A DNA stretch of 64,000 nt from contig CAZLEV010000003.1 in NCBI GenBank assembly GCA_964558645.1, forward strand, positions 64,001 to 128,000. Reading direction: 5' to 3'. The notes under the pieces were generated by a model that did no database searches, was not told the origin of the DNA, and worked only from the letters and a program-made list of their open reading frames with translations. Position numbers and translations under genes: made by a program. Source of the DNA: an uncultured archaeon (GTDB lineage: Archaea; Asgardarchaeota; Thorarchaeia; Thorarchaeales; Thorarchaeaceae). Positions 1-10,188 of the stretch are shown here, piece by piece. The number at the start of each line of letters is the position of its first letter. Position 1 is the stretch's first letter.

Positions 1-1152
1 AAATGTCTTCAAATATACGCCGAGTTCCACATCCTCGACGAGCTCCTCGAAGGAGTAGTTCCCTGGCTCAAAGTATGTGTTTGCCATCCGTATAATCGGT
101 TCTCGATTGTACTTGGCGGAGCGTGCGGCACCATTGGACTCCATTCCAAATCTCTGACCAAACTCTCTGTTTAGGAGAGGTTCGTTGATGATACCCTTCT
201 TGATGAGTTCCCTCTTTCGGGCCTTGACACCTTCATCATCGTACAGGTAGAATCCACCTGTATTAGGTATAGTTGGATCTTCACTCACATTCACGGCGTC
301 ACTTCCTACCCGCGACTTCCCCATTTCAAGGTCTCGCCAGAAGCTCTCTCCTGCCTGTGCTCCTTCTCGACCTTTGATTCTGTCGCCCTCGCTGGGATGT
401 CCAACGTTCTCGTGTGCAATGATTCCGGCTACTTCAGGTCCTACAATCATGTCAACTGGCCTGCTGAGGAGTTCTTTGACTGCCACGGCCTCATTGGCTG
501 CTTTCTGAAGTAGCTTGACTTCTTCGCTTAGATTATCGATTACATTCCCTTCCTCGATTCGTTCCCAGCCGCCCGCCTGAGTCATATCGAGAAACTTCTG
601 TTCAGAGCCCTTTTCTCCCTTAGCTGTCATGAGGGCAAAAGCGAAGATATGCGACAACATGCTAGCTATCTCTGTCCCTTCGCTTGTCACAACGTACTTC
701 TCACTTTGCGACGGTGTCAATATCAGAGTGAACTGCGGGAGTCCGTTCATGACCGAGTTCATCTCATCGGCAGTAGCCATGATGGTTTCTGTGTCCACAT
801 CCTCTATCTGCTGTCTGGCATCTATTTCCCATTCGGCCTTGTTTGTAACGGGTTCGCCGAAGTCGATCGGCTCTTTCCGGTTACCATGCTTAGCCATCTC
901 GAAAGCTTCAGAAATCGCTTCTCTTGCGACTTCTTTGTTCAGCCTGTCAAACGTGCCGAATCCCATGTTGCCATTGACAAGCATTCGAACTCCAATGCCC
1001 GAATCAGGCTGCGTTCCTGCGGAGACAGGTGCGCCATTTCTATAGACAAATCCTCTACTGAGTCTGTCTTCGAAACGCGCTTCCACATAAGATGCTCCAA
1101 GGTCGCGACCTAGTTCAACGCAGTATTCTGCAAGGTCCTTACCATTAGCCAC
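1..1152 (-). CDS. tldD: TldD/PmbA family metalloprotease (TldD-like), 3' end runs off the window
   Basis: Manual translation of the minus strand (absent from the ORF track because it is open at the edge): GKDLAEYCVELGRDLGASYVEARFE...GIGVRMLVNGNMGF...AGIIAHENVGHPSEGDRI (HExxGH)...YDDEGV...PIIRMANTYFEPG. GTG start is approximate. Confidence 0.85.
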   Translation of the reverse strand, partial: MANGKDLAEYCVELGRDLGASYVEARFEDRLSRGFVYRNGAPVSAGTQPDSGIGVRMLVNGNMGFGTFDRLNKEVAREAISEAFEMAKHGNRKEPIDFGEPVTNKAEWEIDARQQIEDVDTETIMATADEMNSVMNGLPQFTLILTPSQSEKYVVTSEGTEIASMLSHIFAFALMTAKGEKGSEQKFLDMTQAGGWERIEEGNVIDNLSEEVKLLQKAANEAVAVKELLSRPVDMIVGPEVAGIIAHENVGHPSEGDRIKGREGAQAGESFWRDLEMGKSRVGSDAVNVSEDPTIPNTGGFYLYDDEGVKARKRELIKKGIINEPLLNREFGQRFGMESNGAARSAKYNREPIIRMANTYFEPGNYSFEELVEDVELGVYLKTF

Positions 1153-1320
1153 TATTGGCACCACGTCTTCAGAGAAAAGAGCACTGGTAGATAAATTGAT
1201 GGGACAAAGCACGGAGGATGCGCGGCTGAAAGACTGGATGAAGTCGTGTCTGTAAAGCTTGAACTCTTATAAGCACTGAAAGTTGCTCTCTTGTTGTCAA
1301 GAAATTAAGAGGCTGTCAAT

Positions 1321-2682
1321 ATGACTGAACGGATAGCAATCATCGGTTGTGGTGCCGCAGGTGCCACTGCAGCTCTGCAAGCACGCAAATTCAACAGGGA
1401 AGCTGAGATCACTGTTTTCAACACCGAGGTGTATTCCCAATATTCTAGGTGTGGTCTTCCGTATACTATCTCGGGAAAGGTCCGAGAGTTCGAGGACCTT
1501 GTGCTCATGCCTCCAGATAACTGGGGGATGTTGAAGATTGACGCCAAGTTGGGTGTTACTGTCACTGCCATAGACCACGACAACAAAGAACTAAGCTTCG
1601 AGGGCCCTGATGAATCAGGCACTCTGGAGTATGATTCGCTCATTTTCGCAACAGGTGCAGTGAACGCGGACCCGCCAATCAAGGGTCTGGACAAAGAGAG
1701 GGTCTACGGGCTCAGAACGCTGGATGACGCGAAAGCGCTGGCGAAGGAGGCTGACAAAGCCAAGGACATTCTCATCGTTGGTGGAGGGCTTGTGGGCATG
1801 GAGACTGCCGAGGCGTTCCGCGAGAGGGGTCTCAATGTCACGGTTGTCGAATTTCTGCCCAATATTCTCCTTGCCATGGTCGATTCTGATATGGCTGAGA
1901 TAATCGAGGAACACTGCAAAGAACATGGTCTGAATATAATGTGTAACAGTGCTGCCAAGGAAGTTATCGGCGACAAGGCCCCCAAGGCGGTATTGGTTGA
2001 AAGCAGAGAAACAGGTGAAGACAAGGAGATTCCGGCTGACGCCGTCGTTGTTGCAACTGGCGTTCGTCCCGTGACCGAGATTGCTCAGAGTATCGGTGTG
2101 GAAACTGGCCCCACTCGAGGCATAGTCGTTGATGATAGGATGGAGACCAACTTGAAAGATGTCTATTCTTGTGGTGACTGTGCCGAGCATGTAGATTTCG
2201 TCACCGGAAAGCCCATGGCCGGTGGTCTTGGTACCATTGCGGTCCGTCAGGCGAGAGTTGCGGGGATCAATGCAGCCGGGGGAGATGAGAAGTTTCCAGG
2301 AATTGTTGGAGCAAAGGTGACCAAATTGTTTGGGCTGGAGATTGCCTCGACTGGCCTCACTGAAAGTCTTGCAGAACGCTTTGAGGTCAAGATCAAGAAA
2401 GGGTCGGTGAAAGGTTTGACAAAGCCCCCCTACTATGTGGGTGGAAAAGAGATCAAAATCAAGACATTCTATGACTCGGATGGAGGAAAGATTGTTGGTG
2501 GGCAACTAGTGGGTGTTGAGGATGCTGCCATGCGTCTCAATGTTGTAACCGTGGGAATCCAGACCCACATGACGGCACCTGAGTTCTTCGACTTTGAGAA
2601 TTGCTATGCCCCTGCTATCTGTGATACTTGGGATCCCCTTGTGACCTCCGCTGAGGCTGCGAGGAAGCGTCTCAGGATGTAA
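1321..2682 (+). CDS. FAD-dependent pyridine nucleotide-disulfide oxidoreductase (CoA-disulfide reductase/NADH oxidase family)
   Basis: GCGAAG FAD motif, YSRCGLPY redox cysteine, GGGLVGME NAD(P)H motif, CGDC, C-terminal dimerisation domain with YAP. Confidence 0.9.
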   Translation: MTERIAIIGCGAAGATAALQARKFNREAEITVFNTEVYSQYSRCGLPYTISGKVREFEDLVLMPPDNWGMLKIDAKLGVTVTAIDHDNKELSFEGPDESGTLEYDSLIFATGAVNADPPIKGLDKERVYGLRTLDDAKALAKEADKAKDILIVGGGLVGMETAEAFRERGLNVTVVEFLPNILLAMVDSDMAEIIEEHCKEHGLNIMCNSAAKEVIGDKAPKAVLVESRETGEDKEIPADAVVVATGVRPVTEIAQSIGVETGPTRGIVVDDRMETNLKDVYSCGDCAEHVDFVTGKPMAGGLGTIAVRQARVAGINAAGGDEKFPGIVGAKVTKLFGLEIASTGLTESLAERFEVKIKKGSVKGLTKPPYYVGGKEIKIKTFYDSDGGKIVGGQLVGVEDAAMRLNVVTVGIQTHMTAPEFFDFENCYAPAICDTWDPLVTSAEAARKRLRM

Positions 2683-2703
2683 TTCTCGGGAGAATGAGAA
2701 TCT

Positions 2704-2737
2704 GGGCCAACAGGCTTGAGTTACAGCCTGTTGGTCC
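2704..2737. terminator. Hairpin between convergent genes, possible bidirectional terminator
   Basis: GGGCCAACAGGCT-N8-AGCCTGTTGGTCC inverted repeat between the stop codons at 2682 and 2738. Confidence 0.55.
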
Positions 2738-3214
2738 TTAGGGTGCGATGACGGAGCCGTTCTCAAGTGCGAACTCTAGAGAGCTGTATTGGGTAGGTGA
2801 ACTCGCAACAATGACTGCCTTCTTCAGTTTGGACTCCCTTTTTGCATGTATATGTAAAGCCTTGACGATCTCTTCAGCCACCTCCCAACTTGGAATCCTG
2901 GCGACTTCGTAACCTATGGTGTAGAAACCAACGTCCGATAGTTCTTGGTTGTGGGCAATCAGCAAAGCCTTCTCGGCTGCGTCATATATTGTCTGACGTC
3001 TGTCTGAGTCCGTGATTGACAGGGTTGGCCAGTACTCAATGACATCTGCTTGGACTTCGCGCATCATCGAAACGTCATATACAGGCAAGTATCTCCTGCT
3101 GGGCGGTCTCGAGGCAGGGGTCAAATCCTTCGAGACCAGCGCCAGTCCAGTCTTTTCATCAAATTGTCCCATGACAGCCTGGACCTGTATAGCACCAATA
3201 TTGCACTGCTTCAC
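2738..3214 (-). CDS. Degenerate macrodomain-like protein
   Basis: C-terminal DVGFYTIGYEVARIPSWEVAEEIVKAL resembles the macro 'IAFPAIGTG...EEAA' segment; lacks the NAAN/GGGV loop; GTGA overlap with the upstream macro gene. Confidence 0.55.
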   Translation of the reverse strand: MKQCNIGAIQVQAVMGQFDEKTGLALVSKDLTPASRPPSRRYLPVYDVSMMREVQADVIEYWPTLSITDSDRRQTIYDAAEKALLIAHNQELSDVGFYTIGYEVARIPSWEVAEEIVKALHIHAKRESKLKKAVIVASSPTQYSSLEFALENGSVIAP

Positions 3215-3747
3215 ATGTTCCCCTCCACGAGTTCTGTCAGAGCTTTCTCGAACGCTGGCTCTGATTCCGGATTGTATGCAACAAGTACGACCCGCTTCAC
3301 TCTTTGATTCTCTCTGGTATGACCTACGACTGCCCTGACAATGGCGCGGGCGGACTCTTCCATTGTCAATCCCCCTGCACCAGCTCCAATAGCCGGAAAC
3401 GCGACCTCCTCGAGACTCTCCTCGTCTGCAATCTTAAGTGCCTCCGCCACGCAGTTGGTTACGTTCTCAGATGTGGCTCTTCCTCCAGGTGGCATGCCCG
3501 CACAGTGAAGTACTCGTTTTGCAGCAAGCCTGCCGGCATTGGTGACTACCGACTCGCCAGGCTTGATTGGCCCCTTGGAGATAGCCTCCTTCTCGATCTC
3601 GGCTCCTCCCTTTCTCCTGATTGCTCCCGCCACTCCCGATCCCATCCACAGGTCTGAGTTGGCCGCATTCGCGATAGCATCAACACCTAGGTCTGTGATA
3701 TCTCCAACATAGGTTTCCACAGTAATATCGTTCACTTTCTTCTTCAC
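3211..3747 (-). CDS. Macrodomain protein (ADP-ribose binding/O-acetyl-ADP-ribose deacetylase, MacroD-like)
   Basis: GDIT, DAIANAAN, GSGVAGAI, AFPAIGAGAGG motifs; GTG start at 3747 after a GGAGGG RBS (ORF track starts at 3798). Confidence 0.9.
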   Translation of the reverse strand: MKKKVNDITVETYVGDITDLGVDAIANAANSDLWMGSGVAGAIRRKGGAEIEKEAISKGPIKPGESVVTNAGRLAAKRVLHCAGMPPGGRATSENVTNCVAEALKIADEESLEEVAFPAIGAGAGGLTMEESARAIVRAVVGHTRENQRVKRVVLVAYNPESEPAFEKALTELVEGNM

Positions 3748-3942
3748 AGAAGACCCTCCGAATGTCTTGAAACCAGAAGCAGTATGGGATAGACACAAGA
3801 AAAAGATTCCTAGCCATCTGGTTCAGCTCCATAAGTCTTCACAACTGGATGGTCTCAAGAGGTAGAACTATTTGCTGGTAATCCATTCCCTGACCAGGCG
3901 AGAATACTGACTGACCTCGATGACTCAGAACTCCAATCACTT

Positions 3943-4494
3943 GTGGCGGAATATGGTGTCCCCAAAAAGATCCACTTCGAAGCAGACTTCTTGGATTTTG
4001 AGTGTGATCTGATACGAAAGAGTGAGGCAAAGGGTAGAAACCATGATATCACATGCTTCATCCGACATGATGAAGACTGGGTTGTCATCCAGAAGCATGC
4101 TTACGCCGGCACCGGTATCTACAGAGCGCCATCGGGAGGTGCGAATCCTGGCGAGTCTCTTGAGGAGGCAGCTATTCGTGAGATGTGCGAGGAAACCGGC
4201 ATCATCGTGCAACTTCGCAGGTTTGTGCTAGATGTGAGTCTAGACATCCGTTGCTCTGACAGAACCGTACCGTGGAGGTCACTCGTATTCCTGGCTGACC
4301 CGGTCGGCGGAGCCCTTGAGATCATCGATGACTTCGAGATCTATGCCGTGAAAGTCATGTCACGCGAGGAGATTCTTGGAAACGTCCAAGATAGGATGGA
4401 GGATACCGGCTGGGGTGGGTTTGCCTATCGCGCCTTCTTGACACAGAATTTCTTCCAAGCACTTGACGAACTCGAAGAAGAAGAGAAGCGATAA
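3943..4494 (+). CDS. Nudix hydrolase
   Basis: Nudix box GGANPGESLEEAAIREMCEETGI. Confidence 0.85.
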   Translation: MAEYGVPKKIHFEADFLDFECDLIRKSEAKGRNHDITCFIRHDEDWVVIQKHAYAGTGIYRAPSGGANPGESLEEAAIREMCEETGIIVQLRRFVLDVSLDIRCSDRTVPWRSLVFLADPVGGALEIIDDFEIYAVKVMSREEILGNVQDRMEDTGWGGFAYRAFLTQNFFQALDELEEEEKR

Positions 4495-4538
4495 GGATCT
4501 GTAGACTCCCTATCGCACAAGTCTCAGTGATGTGTTAT

Positions 4539-5498
4539 CTATGGTTCCATTGTGATATGCAGTCTTCTGACAAGTTCCTTGTACCGATTCCGTACTGTCA
4601 CTTCAGTGACGCCTGCAGCCATTGCGATATCCCGTTGTGTGACTCGATTGTCAGTCAGTATTGATGCGATGTAGATAGCTGCTGCAGCAAGACCTCGAGG
4701 ATCTCTTCCTGTGATCAGATTGCGTTCTTTCTTCGCATTTTCGAGGATCTCAAGGACCTTCTGTTGAACTTCACCTGGGAGGCCGAGTTGCGTGATGAAT
4801 CTGGGTACATAGTTCGCAGGGTCGGATATCGGCATTCTTAGTTTAAGTTTCTCCACGAGAAGCCTGTAGTGCTGTCCTATCTTCTTCTTGCTTACCCGGG
4901 AATGTCTTGCTATCTCTTCAAGTGAACGTGGGGCCTCTCGTAGTCTGCATGCAGCATAGATTGCTGCGCCCACCATTGCATCGATGGAGCGACTCCTTGC
5001 CAGGCGACGGACGATTAGTTTCCTGTAGAGCAGGGCTGCAAGTTCCTTGATGCTCTTGCTTAGTCCCAGCTGTGATGTGAGCCTGTCAAGCTCAGACATG
5101 GCCTGAGCAAGGTTCCTATCAACCGAGCTGTGGACGCGTGTTCGAATCTGCCACTTTCTGAGTCGATAGATCTCGGAGCGTTTCTTGGCAGAGAATCGTC
5201 TGCCCTGCGAGTCGTAGTCCCTCCAATCTATCATGGTGGACAGACCCTTATCGTGAATGGCATAGTTCGTCGGAGCCCCTGCCCGAGACCGTGCGTTTCG
5301 CTCGTCCGCAGTAAAGGCTCTCCATTCAGGCCCCGTATCTATGCGGTGATCGCTCACTACAAGTCCGCAGGATGCACAGATACGCTCTCCCTTTTCGACG
5401 TCCTGTACAACGTCGTGTCCTCCACATTCGGGGCATGTGAAACCGTTCTCTGAACGGGAACGACCCTCCTGTTTCGTGCGATTTGAATTTGATGCCAT
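4539..5498 (-). CDS. tfb: Archaeal transcription initiation factor IIB
   Basis: Zn ribbon CPECG...CASCG, GPEWRAF B-reader, HDKGLST, two cyclin repeats, TEVTVRNRYKEL. Confidence 0.97.
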   Translation of the reverse strand: MASNSNRTKQEGRSRSENGFTCPECGGHDVVQDVEKGERICASCGLVVSDHRIDTGPEWRAFTADERNARSRAGAPTNYAIHDKGLSTMIDWRDYDSQGRRFSAKKRSEIYRLRKWQIRTRVHSSVDRNLAQAMSELDRLTSQLGLSKSIKELAALLYRKLIVRRLARSRSIDAMVGAAIYAACRLREAPRSLEEIARHSRVSKKKIGQHYRLLVEKLKLRMPISDPANYVPRFITQLGLPGEVQQKVLEILENAKKERNLITGRDPRGLAAAAIYIASILTDNRVTQRDIAMAAGVTEVTVRNRYKELVRRLHITMEP

Positions 5499-5649
5499 GA
5501 TCTATCTGACCTCTCTAACCTATGAACTAGAATATAGAGTGGCTTGCCCTTCCTTCATCTCAACAAAATCTGTTGGTGGTGGCTTCGGGTGATAAGAACA
5601 CTCATTCTCGCCCATCTGGTTCCGCTAAACTTATATATGCGGATGCGGG

Positions 5650-5664
5650 CTTATAAATCTTTCG
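5650..5664 (-). promoter_or_regulatory. BRE/TATA promoter of tfb
   Basis: Minus strand CGAAAGATTTATAAG (purine-rich BRE then TTTATAA) about 150 bp upstream of the tfb start. Confidence 0.55.
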
Positions 5665-5828
5665 GTGAAATTTGATGAGATGGCACATCAGCTAACCATC
5701 CTGCCCCCGTTTGTCAATGGACATCTCCCGATTTAAATGTAGCGCCACTCGGGAAGAGCCGCTGTTAGCTCTTGGGACGCGTTCCACGATTCGGATGTAA
5801 CTCTTTCTCTGTTGTCCCCTGAGCAGCC

Positions 5829-6962
5829 TTACTTGCGTCTGCCTATGATCTCGACGAAGGTATCGATCTCATCCGTGGTGTTGTAGAAGCTCGGGGAGAT
5901 TCTCAGCCTCCCGTGTCTGGCTGAACAGAACACACGCTGTTTTCGGAGTTCAACCTCGACTTGCTCTGCTCCGTCATATTCACAGGAGACTATAGGTGAG
6001 CAGTTCTCCTGATCGAAATCATAGTACTCAAGCCCGACTTCATCGAGCCGCTGCTTCAGGTAGGCTGCATTGTTGAGGGCTGTACTCTCCCTCACCTCAT
6101 CTTGCAGAGTCTGCAATATGTCCAACGCCTTTCTGAAGCCCGCATAGGCTACAAGTGGCGGAGATCCTCCCTCGAGCATACCCGCATCATCCCTGAATTC
6201 TCTGGAACCATAGGTGAAGTCCCGATGGTTCTTGACACTGTGCCATCCGATGAACCTGGGCTGTAAGATTTCTCTAACTTTAGGGCTCACATAGGCATAG
6301 CCGGCGCCAATCGGTCCACAGATCCACTTCGTGGCCTGGCCTGCGGCGAAATCCACATCCTGGTCAACCAGGTTGAAGTCTGCCCATCCAGCAGACTGGA
6401 TGATATCAGCTACAAGAAATCCATCGAACTCATGCACTGCATCAGCCAGTGCCTTCAGATTGCTTCTGTATCCCGAGCCGAACTGAACATGACTGATAGC
6501 TACGATTCTTGTGTTTTCATCGATGACTCGAGCAAAGTCCTCGAAGAGCGCTGCTCCGTTCACTGACTCCACAACTCGAAGCTCAACACCGTAGAGTTTC
6601 TCAATGTTTTGCCATGGTAGAAAATTCGATGGAAATTCCAAGTCGCATATGACGATATTTGCTTCGTCTGAGTAAGATATGGCGTGACCGAAAGAATTCA
6701 TTCCAATGGATGTGCTTGGCACGAATGCATAATCCGATGGTTCTCCACCCAGAAGCTTAGAGAGACTCGCCTTCACATCGCTGTAGAGTGAGTCTGTGTC
6801 GGTATAACCCCACTTTCCCTCGCTACGCTTCACCATGTACTCGTTCATCGCTTCAACGACTGGTTGCGAAGGAACGCCTGTAGATGCAGTATTGAGATAG
6901 AGCATAGACTTCATAGATGGCCAATATTTTTCGATTAATGAATAATCCAGTCTTGGGAGCAT
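5829..6962 (-). CDS. PLP-dependent aminotransferase class V (cysteine desulfurase/kynureninase-like fold)
   Basis: YLNTASTG, STSIG, EFPSN, DIIQSAG, ATKWICGP (PLP lysine), LRISPSFYN; likely ATG at 6962 (ORF track 7076). Confidence 0.85.
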   Translation of the reverse strand: MLPRLDYSLIEKYWPSMKSMLYLNTASTGVPSQPVVEAMNEYMVKRSEGKWGYTDTDSLYSDVKASLSKLLGGEPSDYAFVPSTSIGMNSFGHAISYSDEANIVICDLEFPSNFLPWQNIEKLYGVELRVVESVNGAALFEDFARVIDENTRIVAISHVQFGSGYRSNLKALADAVHEFDGFLVADIIQSAGWADFNLVDQDVDFAAGQATKWICGPIGAGYAYVSPKVREILQPRFIGWHSVKNHRDFTYGSREFRDDAGMLEGGSPPLVAYAGFRKALDILQTLQDEVRESTALNNAAYLKQRLDEVGLEYYDFDQENCSPIVSCEYDGAEQVEVELRKQRVFCSARHGRLRISPSFYNTTDEIDTFVEIIGRRK

Positions 6963-7191
6963 GAAAAAGGCGGATAATTCGTCACTGATAAATGCAACGA
7001 ATGTGAAAGAACGATAAAGCCTTTTTCTCTTGGTATCATGGCCGAAAGACCATATGGTTTGGCCCGTCCTTTGCACAATGGCAGCAGTAGTTGGAATATG
7101 GAGTTGAACTCACTTGATTGGGATTTCTTCTTCAAATAGAAAGACTTTTAGTGAATCAAAATCCGGAAGTGAATCTCGGGGATGGTTACTA

Positions 7192-8157
7192 ATGGTCGGC
7201 CTCTCAAAAAATGCACGAACACTGGAGGACAACTTGCCTCTCTCACTCGATTTCATTGCGGATAGCAAGCTTAGAGAGCTATCTGGTCTGGAAGATCCCG
7301 AATATTCACGGGCGAAGCAGGAGCTTGTTGACGCTGGTTTTGCCAAGATTGGAAGAGGCCGAGGTGGTCCGATTAGGCGGATGGGGACTCCAAGACAGAA
7401 GGTTCTCTCGAAGCTTCCCAAGGATGGCTCATTTGTTTCCAATGACAAAATCTACGAATCGCTTGGGATGTCTCCAGAGGAGTTCTATGCTGTTCAAGCC
7501 AAACTCGTCAATGAGGGAAAGGTCGTGGTTGGGAGAGGTCGTTACGGAAGGACAGCTCTAGTTGTTGATGACTCTCCTGTTGAAGATGACGAACACTACA
7601 ACAACGGTCTGGGAGCAACAAGTGATGAGGAGCTCCATGAAGAAGTGAAGCGATACTTCGATAGGAAATTAAAACCTAACTACGAGCCCTCACCTCCAAA
7701 TCTCTATATCTCAAAGATCACGGCACAGTCAAGGACGGGGCGGCGAGCCCCCCTCATTCCTGATATTTCGATTCTAACTATCATGAAATACGACTTTGTT
7801 CCGGGTACGCATCTTGAGGTTATCACTGCTGATGTGTGGAAGCATAACACACTTGTTCTGGAAGCAGTCTATGAGACCAAGGCCAACAGCATATACAGTC
7901 ACCGACCCTATCTAGTCTTCGAATGGATAAAGGATGTCGACTTCGAGAGAAGCGGACGAGACGCAAGAAACATCCTATCGGAGGCCAAGAGTCTAGGTGT
8001 TGGGCTGATAGAGATGAAGCCCGCTGATGATGACAAATGGGAGTTCCGCACAATACTCGGCCCACAACTCCATCATCCTGAATTAGGAGAGCTGAACTCG
8101 TTCATAGACTTGCGTTTCAGAGATGATCATGCACGGATCCGTGGAGCAATCGGGTAG
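7192..8157 (+). CDS. Hypothetical protein: two tandem winged-helix-like repeats plus a C-terminal PD-(D/E)XK nuclease-like domain
   Basis: Two ~54-aa repeats ending in GRGRGG/GRGRYG; PDI...LEVITADVWK...AVYE. Fold assignment is inferred. Confidence 0.55.
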   Translation: MVGLSKNARTLEDNLPLSLDFIADSKLRELSGLEDPEYSRAKQELVDAGFAKIGRGRGGPIRRMGTPRQKVLSKLPKDGSFVSNDKIYESLGMSPEEFYAVQAKLVNEGKVVVGRGRYGRTALVVDDSPVEDDEHYNNGLGATSDEELHEEVKRYFDRKLKPNYEPSPPNLYISKITAQSRTGRRAPLIPDISILTIMKYDFVPGTHLEVITADVWKHNTLVLEAVYETKANSIYSHRPYLVFEWIKDVDFERSGRDARNILSEAKSLGVGLIEMKPADDDKWEFRTILGPQLHHPELGELNSFIDLRFRDDHARIRGAIG

Positions 8158-8353
8158 AGAGTCCACCTTACCTTGTTTTGTGGCTCCGATATTGGGACTA
8201 TGCAATTCCATGCCTCCCTGATCCAGAGATGCATGTCTATTCGTCAGCTCAAATGGAAGCATGTTCTGCGCTTGTCGAAAAAAGCCCATTTTTCTTGAGT
8301 TCCGAATAATAACTGTAATATACTGCAATCTCTTTTCGGTATAGCACACATCC

Positions 8354-9574
8354 ATGGACAAGCCGATATTCGGGAGTAGAATATCTTTGAAATTCAATGA
8401 ATATCCAAGAGAATTTTTTCTTTTGGTCATCTCAACATTGGCAATCTTTCTTGCATACAACATCACTCTACCAATTCTGCCTCTTCATCTCTTGCTTCTA
8501 GGCGCAGGGTCTCTTGAGATTGGGGCTATCATGGGAACTCTATCATTTGTCCTTACCTTCACCAAGCTACCATCAGGAATCCTTGCACAAAGATCCACGA
8601 TGCAGAGGGCCCTTGCCTTTTCGGCAACTGGGCAAGCTATAACTCAGATTCTCTACTCCGTATGTACTGCTTCGAACTGCTTCATATTTGCTCAGATTTT
8701 TCATGCAATAACCTTAGCCCCGTTGGTGTCTGTGGGTATCGCATCTTCTCAGAAGATGGCGCCGGACGGTAGAAGGGGAGAAGCAATGGGTTTCTATTTG
8801 TGTGCCTACGGAATAGCGGCAACAGTCGGTCCAGTCATCTGTTCACTGTTGCTCCTTTGGATGAATTATGCACAGATATTCCTCATTTCCTCTGCTATAC
8901 CTTTACTGGGTGTTCTTCCATTTCTGTTCGTGAAGGGGTCTGTTCACTTGGGTATTGATGAAACAGGCTCTGAACGGAACGTGATTAAAGAGCTAGGCCT
9001 ACTAGTACGCTCTAGGAATGTGAATCTCGTTAGTTTTCTTCGTTTTCTCTATGCTACAACTTTCGGGTTTTTTGGTGCATTCTTCGTAATACACGCAGAG
9101 GTAAATCTTCTATTTCTTCCATCTGCGATAACGCTTATGCTTGCCGCGATGGGCGCAGCCGATTTAATTGCTCGGTTTCCTCTGGGGCGCATGCTTGACA
9201 GGATTGACTACAGGTGGGCCCTTGTGGGTTCGTATGCAATACTTGGGTTCCTCTACTATGTGCTATCAGAGATTCAAGCTCCCTTTGAGCTGACAGCTAT
9301 CCTCTTTCTGACTGGACTGGCAACAGGTGTAAGGGTCACCTCAGAATGGGTAATGCTGGCAGATAACTCTCCCGAGGGTGCCCGCTCGATGACGTCTGGC
9401 TATATGTCAACAATAGACAATATCGGCAGAGGGTTCGGTGCCACGCTCGGTGGATATATCGTGATGGCCTCCTCGATATCTCTAGGCTTCAAGCTAGCGG
9501 GAGCAATAATGTTTGTAGCCGCACTAGTATCTACGCAAGTAGGCGGTTCAGTCGATCCTGCCGTCCGTGAATAG
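8354..9574 (+). CDS. MFS transporter (paralog of 14320..15528)
   Basis: About 12 hydrophobic segments, GRMLDRIDYR loop; true start may be TTG near 8387. Confidence 0.88.
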   Translation: MDKPIFGSRISLKFNEYPREFFLLVISTLAIFLAYNITLPILPLHLLLLGAGSLEIGAIMGTLSFVLTFTKLPSGILAQRSTMQRALAFSATGQAITQILYSVCTASNCFIFAQIFHAITLAPLVSVGIASSQKMAPDGRRGEAMGFYLCAYGIAATVGPVICSLLLLWMNYAQIFLISSAIPLLGVLPFLFVKGSVHLGIDETGSERNVIKELGLLVRSRNVNLVSFLRFLYATTFGFFGAFFVIHAEVNLLFLPSAITLMLAAMGAADLIARFPLGRMLDRIDYRWALVGSYAILGFLYYVLSEIQAPFELTAILFLTGLATGVRVTSEWVMLADNSPEGARSMTSGYMSTIDNIGRGFGATLGGYIVMASSISLGFKLAGAIMFVAALVSTQVGGSVDPAVRE

Positions 9575-9669
9575 TCCGGCTGGTGACCCCAGTGATCTTT
9601 CCCGCTCGGTAGAGCGGAGGAATACTTGCTGCTGCTATTCAGCATCTGTTTGAAAACTGTTTACGAAGC

Positions 9670-9714
9670 AAAAAAAATTGGGGGATGTGAAGGTCTACCC
9701 ATCCTTCACATCCC
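9670..9714 (-). terminator. Hairpin plus U-tract terminator of the minus-strand operon 13967->9775
   Basis: Perfect 12-bp stem GGGATGTGAAGG/CCTTCACATCCC (9682-9714) followed on the minus strand by T8 (9670-9677). Confidence 0.7.
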
Positions 9715-9774
9715 GAGGAGGTCGTTTTCGACTCTTGGAGGTATAGGAGGTCTCAGAGTCAGAGTCCGTGGTTG

Positions 9775-10176
9775 TTAGGGGTATTTCCCCTTCTTCAAGA
9801 TTGTAACCATTCTGCCCGTACCTTTGATTACTCTTTGAGAATGAGGTATTTCCTTCGGAATGAATACCGTCACGGGAGCGGTCACAATGTATTTTTCGTC
9901 TTCGAGCGTAATTTCAGCCTGTAGAGGACTATCATTTCCCGGTTCATCGAGGAATATGAAGACCTGATCCACATCATGAGTATGCAGTTCCACATAGTCC
10001 GGCATGTCCTCGGGAACATTATCTATGTGGCGTGTTGTGACTCTGATTCCGGCGCCTTCATAGTGAATGTCATCAAGCAACACATAGGACTGCCCTGTCT
10101 TGTTCATGACAGAGCTATCATGATGTTTAATCTCCTCGCTAGGCCGAGGTTTTAGAATGGTATTCTCGTACTTCAT
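9775..10176 (-). CDS. Cupin-fold protein
   Basis: HTHDVDQVFIF and FIPKEIPHSQ cupin motifs. Confidence 0.75.
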   Translation of the reverse strand: MKYENTILKPRPSEEIKHHDSSVMNKTGQSYVLLDDIHYEGAGIRVTTRHIDNVPEDMPDYVELHTHDVDQVFIFLDEPGNDSPLQAEITLEDEKYIVTAPVTVFIPKEIPHSQRVIKGTGRMVTILKKGKYP

Positions 10177-10188
10177 GGGTGCACATCC

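Noticed and set aside
629-1113. Plus-strand ORFs 629..1045 and 649..1113
   Set aside because: Antisense shadows of the minus-strand TldD gene
5829-6962. Bona fide cysteine desulfurase (IscS/SufS)
   Set aside because: The catalytic Cys loop (SGSAC or RxGHHCA) is not recognisable, so it was left as class V aminotransferase
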